NCBI GenBank assembly: GCA_023251535.1
Contig: JAHEYP010000018.1
Span: forward strand, 7,759-71,758
Direction of reading: 5' to 3'
Length of the DNA stretch: 64,000 bases
Origin: Bacteroidota bacterium
GTDB taxonomy: Bacteria; Bacteroidota; Bacteroidia; AKYH767-A; OLB10
A program made the translations under genes and the position numbers. Every line of letters starts with the position of its first letter. The first letter of the stretch is position 1. The notes under the pieces are model-generated. The model was given only the letters and a program-made list of their open reading frames with translations, was not told the DNA's origin and did not search any database. Below, piece by piece: positions 56,791 to 64,000 of this stretch.

Positions 56791-58055
56791 AGTCGCCTTT
56801 AATACCTCTCGCGGAAAGATTAAGACCTCATTCTCTTGATGAAATTGTTGGTCAAAAACATCTTACCGGTCCCGATGGTATTTTGCGAAATTTGCTTGCA
56901 AATGGTACTTTGCCTTCAATTATTTTCTGGGGGTCTCCAGGAATCGGTAAAACAACGCTCGCTTTTATTTTAGCTGGTGAAGCTGGATTGCCGATGTTTT
57001 CGCTTAGCGCAATTAACGCAGGAGTTAAAGATGTTCGTGAAGTAATTCAATCCGCTAAAGAAGCTGGAAAGGCTGTTTTGTTTATCGATGAAATCCATCG
57101 TTTTAATAAGTCACAGCAGGATTCTTTGTTAAGCGCCGTTGAACAAGGAATAATTGTATTGATAGGTGCCACTACAGAAAATCCTTCTTTCGAAGTTATT
57201 CGCCCTTTGTTATCGCGTTGTCAAGTGTACACATTGAATCCGTTAACATCGGATGAAATGACTTCGTTGCTGAATCGTGCAATTGCTGAGGATGATTTCT
57301 TGAAACAGCGAAATGTGATCTTGAAAGAAACCGGTGCTTTGTTTAATTTGTCGAATGGCGATGCTCGAAAATTGTTAAACCTTATTGAACTTGTAACGCA
57401 AGGAATTCAAGAAACACCTGCTGTAATTACCGATGAGGTAGTAATGAAAATTGCACAACAGCGAATCGCAGCATACGATAAAGGTGGTGAGCAACATTAC
57501 GATATTATTTCTGCTTTCATTAAGTCAATAAGAGGAAGTGATCCTAATGCAGCGCTCTATTGGTTGGCGCGAATGGTAGAAGGTGGTGAAGATCCTAAGT
57601 TTATCGCTCGTCGTATGCTTATCCTCGCTAGTGAGGATATTGGAAATGCAAACCCTAATGCTTTGCTTATCGCAACAGCTTGCTTCCAAGCCGTTGAAAT
57701 GATTGGATATCCAGAATGTATTATCAATTTATCGCAAGCTGTTGTTTACTTGGCTTCATCAGCGAAAAGTAATGCTAGTTATATGGGGATTAGAATGGCT
57801 CAGAAAGCTGTTCGTGATTATGGCGACCATCCAGTTCCAATGCATTTAAGGAATGCGCCTACAGCTTTAATGAAAGATATGAATTATGGCGAAGGATATA
57901 TGTACGCTCATAATTATGAAAATAATTTTGCGGACATCGAGTTTTTACCCGACGCAATTAAAGGCGTGAAATTTTATGAACCAGGAAATAATGCCCGCGA
58001 AGCTGAATTGCGAAAGTTTTTGAAAGATCGCTGGAAACAAAAATACAATTACTAG
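56787..58055 (+). CDS. rarA: Replication-associated recombination protein A (AAA+ ATPase, MgsA/RarA)
   Basis: Walker A GSPGIGKTTLA, Walker B LFIDEIHRF, and the MgsA C-terminal helical domain. The ATGA start overlaps the upstream OmpA gene stop. Confidence 0.9.
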   Translation: MKSPLIPLAERLRPHSLDEIVGQKHLTGPDGILRNLLANGTLPSIIFWGSPGIGKTTLAFILAGEAGLPMFSLSAINAGVKDVREVIQSAKEAGKAVLFIDEIHRFNKSQQDSLLSAVEQGIIVLIGATTENPSFEVIRPLLSRCQVYTLNPLTSDEMTSLLNRAIAEDDFLKQRNVILKETGALFNLSNGDARKLLNLIELVTQGIQETPAVITDEVVMKIAQQRIAAYDKGGEQHYDIISAFIKSIRGSDPNAALYWLARMVEGGEDPKFIARRMLILASEDIGNANPNALLIATACFQAVEMIGYPECIINLSQAVVYLASSAKSNASYMGIRMAQKAVRDYGDHPVPMHLRNAPTALMKDMNYGEGYMYAHNYENNFADIEFLPDAIKGVKFYEPGNNAREAELRKFLKDRWKQKYNY

Positions 58056-59923
58056 TTACAGAGACTGTTGTGGTTTAAACTGTAAGTGTAATTTTGAAGT
58101 GTGGCTTTTAATATTTCTTCTGCTTCTTGCTTCTCTGCCGGATGCGCATTCCCTACGTCTTTCTTTAATTCAAGGTCTTCTTTGAAATTGTAAAATCCTC
58201 TTTCTTTTTCTCCATCAAACATCAAAATGTAATCTTTGTAAATGATCCTGTATAAATCATTGGCATACATGGTAGCATGCGGTGCACGATCGTTGCGCAA
58301 TAAACTTCGTCCGAAGGTTTTGATTTTTCCTTTGTAACCTGTTAAGTCGAGTAGTGTAGGTATAATGTCCACATGTTGTGCGATCACATCGTTCTGCCCT
58401 CTTAAACTGCTGTCTCCTCTAAATAAAATAATAGGTACTGCATATCTTCCTACAGCATTACTGTATTTCGGCGGATGTACATTGTATCCGAAGGTGTGAT
58501 CGCCTGTAATTATAAAAAGTGTGTTTTTGTACCATGGTTGCTTTGATGCAATCTCGAAGAATTTTCCTAGTGAATAATCTGCGTAGCCTACACTTTCATG
58601 TATCTCTTGTGTCCCTTTCGGGAATTTTCCTTTGAATTCGTCAGGTACCATAAACGGATGATGTGAACTGATGCTGAAGAATGCATCGCAAAATGGAGTC
58701 TTTTGCTTTCCTAATTCTTCTGCAAAGTAGGGGAAGAATTTGTCGTCGTATATTCCCCAATGTCCATCGAAATATTCATCTTTATTGAATTCGTTTTTCC
58801 CATAATAGTTGTCGAACCCAGCATTTCGACTAAATGAATCGAACCTGAATTCTCCATTTAATCCCCCATGAAAGAATGCAGTTGAATATCCCATTCCTTT
58901 CATCTTTGTTCCCATGCCTTCAACGCAATTTGAGCTGTATCCCGAATACATGAATGCGTCGTCCATTAACGATGGTAATCCCCCGAAAATCGCGCAGATC
59001 GATTTATTTGATCGCTCTGCATTAGCATACGCATTCGTAAAAACATAACTGTTGGCAACAAGTTTATCTAGAAATGGCGTATAGCCATTACCGTTATTAA
59101 GTGCCCCTATGTATTCTCTCGCCATGCTCTCCATCACGATGATTACTACATTGGGATGTGTTGTCGATTCAGAATTGATGCTATAGATGTTGCTGTGCTT
59201 TGACTGCATTTCTGCTTCAGAAAAATATTTGCGGTCTTCTATGCTTCTTTTTTGTGTGGAGAAGATAAATGTAAATGCTGAGTTGGTTACTAATGGCGAT
59301 AATGCGGGATTTACTTTGTCCGCTGAATTCGCAGGACTAATTCCTTGATATTGTATTCCGCCTCTTATGCCAATAAATGATAATCCTACAAAGAGAATTA
59401 ATGCAAGACTCCAATAAAATAGTTTGAACTTTGTTTCTTGATTGCTTTCAGTTTTTTTGTAGAGTTTTATTAAAAGATATATCGATGCTAACCAAATAAT
59501 TGTTGCATGCCAAAAATCGATAATCAATGAAATTGCATTCTTCGCTCCAGCATCGGCAAGCGCTAATATATCTACAGTTAATCGTTTATTGTTAAAGCCG
59601 TAGTATGCTAAATCTATATTGCAAAGTAATAACATGAAGATATTACTTGTCAGAAATACGATTTTCAATGTTTTTGAATAGACTGGCTTATTCCATACTG
59701 TTGGAACTAAATGCAATAAAATAAAAATACTATTAAAGACAATTACGGTACTAATGTCAAATCGCGCTCCTTGTAGTATAATATTGATAAAATCGCTGGG
59801 AGATGGCGATGGGAAATAATTTGCATTGAATAGCAAGAAAATCCATCTTTGAATGTATAATAGACAAAAGGAAATAAGCAGCCGTTTCAGTAATACTTCA
59901 TACTGTATTTTGACTTCTTTCAT
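58052..59923 (-). CDS. LTA-synthase/sulfatase-family membrane protein (alkaline-phosphatase superfamily, five N-terminal TM helices)
   Basis: N-terminal polytopic domain, then a sulfatase-like catalytic domain VVIIVMESMAREY... Its 3' end overlaps the rarA 3' end by 4 nt (convergent). MKEVKIQ (59923) is the preferred start. The ORF track starts at 59971. Confidence 0.7.
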   Translation of the reverse strand: MKEVKIQYEVLLKRLLISFCLLYIQRWIFLLFNANYFPSPSPSDFINIILQGARFDISTVIVFNSIFILLHLVPTVWNKPVYSKTLKIVFLTSNIFMLLLCNIDLAYYGFNNKRLTVDILALADAGAKNAISLIIDFWHATIIWLASIYLLIKLYKKTESNQETKFKLFYWSLALILFVGLSFIGIRGGIQYQGISPANSADKVNPALSPLVTNSAFTFIFSTQKRSIEDRKYFSEAEMQSKHSNIYSINSESTTHPNVVIIVMESMAREYIGALNNGNGYTPFLDKLVANSYVFTNAYANAERSNKSICAIFGGLPSLMDDAFMYSGYSSNCVEGMGTKMKGMGYSTAFFHGGLNGEFRFDSFSRNAGFDNYYGKNEFNKDEYFDGHWGIYDDKFFPYFAEELGKQKTPFCDAFFSISSHHPFMVPDEFKGKFPKGTQEIHESVGYADYSLGKFFEIASKQPWYKNTLFIITGDHTFGYNVHPPKYSNAVGRYAVPIILFRGDSSLRGQNDVIAQHVDIIPTLLDLTGYKGKIKTFGRSLLRNDRAPHATMYANDLYRIIYKDYILMFDGEKERGFYNFKEDLELKKDVGNAHPAEKQEAEEILKATLQNYTYSLNHNSLCN

Positions 59924-60005
59924 GTGTAGCGGATTTACTGCGAAAATAGAGCAAGTAACTGACAATTTCATGCCTTCTATTAAAGATTTATTTTAATTTC
60001 GTTGC

Positions 60006-61025
60006 ATGGTTAAGATCCTTTCAAATAAGTCGCTTAAATCGTATAATACTTTCGGACTCGATGTTTCTGCTCGCTATTTGGCAGAGGTACATTCGGTGGA
60101 TGATATGAGGAAATTGATTCAATCTCCTGAGTATAAGTTGGGCAACCCTCTTTTTCTCGGTGGTGGTAGCAATGTTCTTTTAACGAAGGATGTTGAGGGG
60201 TTGGTGATAAGAAATTTGTTGAAAGGGATTTCTATTGTTTCAGAGGATGCGAATAACGTTTTTGTAAAAGCAGCATCCGGCGAAGTTTGGCATGAGTTCG
60301 TTTTGTTTTGCATCGAAAAGGGATGGGCTGGAGTCGAGAATTTAAGTCTTATCCCAGGTTCTGTTGGTGCCGGACCAATGCAAAATATAGGTGCTTACGG
60401 TGTTGAGTTAAAGGATGTATTTCATGAACTTGAAGCGCTAAATCTTGATACACTAGAACTTGAAGTGTTTTCTAAAGATCAATGCAAATTCGGTTATCGC
60501 GAAAGCGTTTTTAAACATGAATTGAAGAATAAATATTTTATTTCTTCGGTTACTTTTAAATTGTCTGTTAACGCGACTGTAAATACTTGTTACGGCGCTA
60601 TTAAACAGCAACTTGATTTAATGCATGTTGAAAATCCGGGAATCAAAGAGGTAAGTGATGCAGTTATCGCTATTCGATCTTCGAAATTGCCAAATCCTAA
60701 AGTCTTGGGCAATGCTGGTTCGTTTTTTAAAAATCCCGAGGTGGATGCAAGCTTTTTTAGTGAATTGAAAAGTGCTAATCCGACTATTGTTGGTTATCCA
60801 CTTGATAATGGACAAGTAAAATTAGCAGCAGGTTGGCTTATCGAACAATGCGGTTGGAAAGGTAAGGTGGTAGGTAATTGTGGCTCACATAAGGATCAGG
60901 CCTTGGTTTTGGTGAATTATGGAGGAGCAACAGGTTCCGAAGTCTATGCGCTCGCATTGGCGATTAAATCCTCTGTTTTTGAAAAATTCGGTGTGGAGAT
61001 TAATCCTGAGGTGAATGTGATTTAA
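60006..61025 (+). CDS. murB: UDP-N-acetylenolpyruvoylglucosamine reductase
   Basis: 339 aa, N-terminal LKSYNTFGLDVSA, FAD-binding PCMH-type domain, and the MurB C-terminal domain. Confidence 0.9.
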   Translation: MVKILSNKSLKSYNTFGLDVSARYLAEVHSVDDMRKLIQSPEYKLGNPLFLGGGSNVLLTKDVEGLVIRNLLKGISIVSEDANNVFVKAASGEVWHEFVLFCIEKGWAGVENLSLIPGSVGAGPMQNIGAYGVELKDVFHELEALNLDTLELEVFSKDQCKFGYRESVFKHELKNKYFISSVTFKLSVNATVNTCYGAIKQQLDLMHVENPGIKEVSDAVIAIRSSKLPNPKVLGNAGSFFKNPEVDASFFSELKSANPTIVGYPLDNGQVKLAAGWLIEQCGWKGKVVGNCGSHKDQALVLVNYGGATGSEVYALALAIKSSVFEKFGVEINPEVNVI

Positions 61026-61065
61026 TATATTGAATATCAAATTATTACATTTTCTTGATTAACCT

Positions 61066-61094
61066 GCTTTCCAAAAAGAAAGCAACTTTTTTTT
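61066..61094 (+). terminator. Rho-independent terminator after murB
   Basis: Hairpin gctttc-caaaaa-gaaagc followed by aactttttttt. Confidence 0.6.
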
Positions 61095-61186
61095 GTTTTC
61101 AAATGTATGTTCAGAACCTTTAAGTTAGGTGTACGTATCTAGGGGATATTTTATTCTAAAGCAATTATTCTATTCCCCAATTCTTT

Positions 61187-64000
61187 ATGCGTCCTAGACT
61201 AGTTCTACGTCAAACTCAAAAGCAAAAAATTACCCAAAGAAGAATTTACTATTCTGTTGCCGTTTTATTCCTTGTTTCGTGTTGTTTTGTAGGCCTTCAG
61301 TTTTTTAAAAGTGAAACTGTTATGGCTGTGAATGTAAATACTTGGACCAACAATACTGGTAATGGCAATTGGAATGATGCAGGTAATTGGAGTCGCGCTG
61401 CTGTACCAGGGGTAAATGATGTGGCTACTTTCGATGGGACCAATACTTCGGCTTGTTCTATTAATAATAATATTAATATTGCCGGAATTAATGTTGCTCC
61501 CGGATATTCTGGTGTGATAACTCAAGCAACCGGACGAACAATCACTTTAGGAGCGTCAGGCTATAGTCAATCAGCAGGCTCTTTCATAGGCGGTAATAGC
61601 AATTTTACAATTACATCAGGTGCTTTTAACTTATCCGGTGGTACATTTACTGCTCCTTCATCTACTCTTGCAATTGCTGGAAACTTCGGTTCAAGCGCAA
61701 ATGTATTTGTTCAAACTGGTGGTACATTCAATCATAATAACGGAACTTTTGCATTAAATGCAGCAGTGAATTCATGGTCAGGTGTTACCTACACATTCGA
61801 TGTTTTACCCGCAACAAGATTTAATAATCTAATTTTAAATGCATCTACTTGTTGTAATGTCCCAACAATCACAACTGCATTAGGCGATACAGTACGTTGC
61901 GATAATATGATTACTCATACTGATGGATATATTGGTGGATTATTTGCTTTTTCAGGTAACCTTACTGTCAATTCAGGCGCAGATGGTGGAAATGGTTGGT
62001 TAATTCCTGAGGGTTCTTCTTCTCAGTGTTATATTTCTGCAGGAGCTTATCGTACGTGTGGTATTTATGTAAATAAACCATCTAGTGTATTTCAACCTTA
62101 TAGCGGTACAACTAATTTATCTTGCCAACGTTTTGCTTTAGTGTCGGGTTCATTTACTGCTCCATCCGGAAATTTTAATGTCGGCCGGATCATGGGGTGT
62201 TAACTGTACTTTGTTTTCGCATGTTGCAGGTAGCTACACGCATAATAGCGGTACAATTAATTTTGATCCAACTATCAATAGTTGGTCGGCCAATAATTTT
62301 ACTATCGATAATTTACCTTCAACTGCATTTTACAATATGAGTGTAAATGCAGGTACTTGTTGTAATACTGCAATCATTTCAACCGCATCGGGTGATACTG
62401 TTTCATGTGCAAATAATTTCACACATACCGACGGATTTATCGCAGCTATTATAAAATTCAATGGGAATTTATCTGTTGCTTCTGGTAGCGATGGTGGGAG
62501 TGGATGGTTGGTTGCTGAAGGTTCTTCAAGCCAGACATATTCATCGGCAGGTGCTTATCGCACTTGCGGTTTGTACATAAATAAATCATCAGGAACTATA
62601 TCTCCTTCCGGTGGCACATCCAATCTTTCTGTACAACGCTTTTATTTAAATAGCGGAACTTTCACTGCTCCATCGGGTAATTTTAATATTGGTGGTGGGT
62701 GGAATAATAATCTTGATTTATTGATTCACGCAAATGGAACATTCGTTCATAATAACGGAACGGTTGTAATCGATCCTGCAATCAATGGTTGGTCGGCAAA
62801 TACATTTAATATTGATGTTTTATCGTCTACTCTGTTTTATAATATCACAGTGAATGCTTCAACTTGTTGTAGTCAGAATTATATTACAACAGCCGCAGGT
62901 GATACCGTTCATTGCGAGAATGATTTCGTTCATTCAGATGGTTCTATAAGTGGTGCTTTTAGTTTTAAAAATAATTTAACATTAAACGCTGGAAGCGATG
63001 GTGGCACCGGATGGATAGTTGCCGATGGATCTAGCTCACAGACTTATATTTCTGCTGGCTCTTATCGTACTTGCGGATTAATGATTGATAAATCTTCTGG
63101 TTCACTAACTGCTGCCATAGGAACTACAACTCTTTCTGTGCAACGATTTGCTTTAAATAGTGGAAGCTTCTCGGCTCCTTCTGGAACAATGTATATTGGT
63201 GGTGGATGGAATCAAAATGTAAATTTATTTACTCATGCGGCCGGAACATTTACTAATAGTTCAGGAATAGTATCTTTCGATCCTGCAATCAATGGTTGGT
63301 CTGCATCTACTTTTACAATTGATGTTATTCCTTCAACTTTGTTTTATTCTGTAGAGATAAATGCTTCAACTTGTTGTACCCAAAATGTTATCACAACCGC
63401 TTCAAATGATACTGTTCATGCTGATATGAATTTTACTCATAGCGATGGCTATATTTCTGGAAAATTCGGATTTAAAGGTAATCTTGCAATTAATGTAGGT
63501 GCTGATGGAGGTAATGGATGGTTGATTGCAGAGGGTTCTTCTGCCCAAACGTATTCTTCTGCTGCAAAGTATCGTACATGCGGATTAATGATTAACAAAA
63601 GTGCCGACGCATTAACCCCTGCAATTGGTACTACTACTTTGGCTGTTCAACGTCTCTATGTTGCTGCTGGTAGTTTTACATGTCCTTCGGGCATACTTTA
63701 TTCAGGTGGTGGATGGAATGAAAATATAAACTTATTTACTCAAACAGGTGGAACTTTTTTAAATAATTCGGGAACGGTTTCATTCGATCCTGCAATTAAT
63801 GGTTGGTCTGCTTCTACGTTTACGATTGATGTTAATTCCTCAACGTTGTTTAACAGCATTGAGGTTAATGCATCTACTTGTTGTACTCAAAATGTTATTG
63901 CTACGGCAGTTGGTGATACTGTTCATTCTGATATGGACTTTACTCATACAGATGGATATATTTCCGGCAACTTTGAGTTTAAAGGTAACCTAACAATTAA
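61187..64000 (+). pseudogene. 5' part of a giant secreted repeat protein (169-aa tandem repeats) with an apparent +1 frameshift near 62183-62187. The gene continues past the window end.
   Basis: The annotated ORF 61187-62203 ends at ...NFNVGRIMGC*. In the +1 frame the sequence continues ...GSWGVNCTLFSHVAGSYTHNSGTINFDPTINSWS..., which matches the repeat consensus GGGWNxNxNLFTHxxGTFxxNSGxVSFDPAINGWS seen in the next four 507-nt repeat units. No stop occurs in that frame up to 64000. Confidence 0.55.
61700..64000 (+). repeat. Tandem 507-nt (169-codon) repeats: five or more units, continuing beyond the window
   Basis: The gatcc(a/t)gcaat(c/t)aatggttggtc landmark recurs at 62265, 62772, 63279 and 63786, exactly 507 nt apart. 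Each unit encodes ASTCC...YRTCG Cys pairs. Confidence 0.85.

Noticed and set aside
58052-58055. The 4-nt convergent overlap of the rarA and LtaS-like gene 3' ends as a potential antisense-regulation feature
   Set aside because: Such short convergent overlaps are common in compact genomes, and there is no additional structure to support a regulatory role.
1-64000. Mobile elements, integrases, transposases or prophage genes
   Set aside because: No ORF shows a DDE or tyrosine/serine recombinase motif, and no terminal inverted repeats were noticed. The window looks like core chromosome plus a surface-protein-rich region.

Overview
This 64-kb window is a low-GC chromosomal segment from a gliding Bacteroidetes (Cytophaga/Flavobacterium-like), densely coding with no obvious mobile elements, tRNAs or CRISPR arrays. 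In order it contains: (1) a porP-like gene followed by gldK-gldL-gldM-gldN, the type IX secretion/gliding motor core. (2) A putative C-terminal-CXXCH lipoprotein cytochrome and a PAP2 phosphatase. (3) A complete uptake [NiFe]-hydrogenase locus split into divergent operons, hypA-hypB-hypC-hypE on the minus strand and hyaA-hyaB-cytb-hyaD-hypF-FKBP-hypD-NicO on the plus strand. (4) A minus-strand T9SS cargo cassette: a 2161-aa SprB-repeat adhesin with a type-B (CHU_C/gliding-motility) C-terminal domain, a PorP/SprF paralog, and a PorE-like TPR/beta-propeller/OmpA protein. (5) crtI-crtB carotenoid genes. (6) The complete 14-gene nuoA-N complex I operon, with a short NuoG. (7) A second, inverted cargo cassette: a 2957-aa SprB-repeat adhesin, a SprF paralog and a PorE-like OmpA protein, translationally coupled to rarA. 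(8) A convergent LtaS-like sulfatase gene and murB. (9) The 5' part of a third giant surface-protein gene built from 507-nt tandem repeats, carrying an apparent +1 frameshift and running off the window end. The points most worth follow-up are the duplicated inverted adhesin/SprF/PorE-like modules flanking crt-nuo, the unstable repeat arrays, the FKBP and His-loop NicO genes embedded in the hydrogenase maturation operon, a perfect FNR/CRP-like palindrome in the divergent hyp/hya promoter, an intra-operon hairpin between the hydrogenase structural and maturation genes, and the frameshifted third repeat protein.
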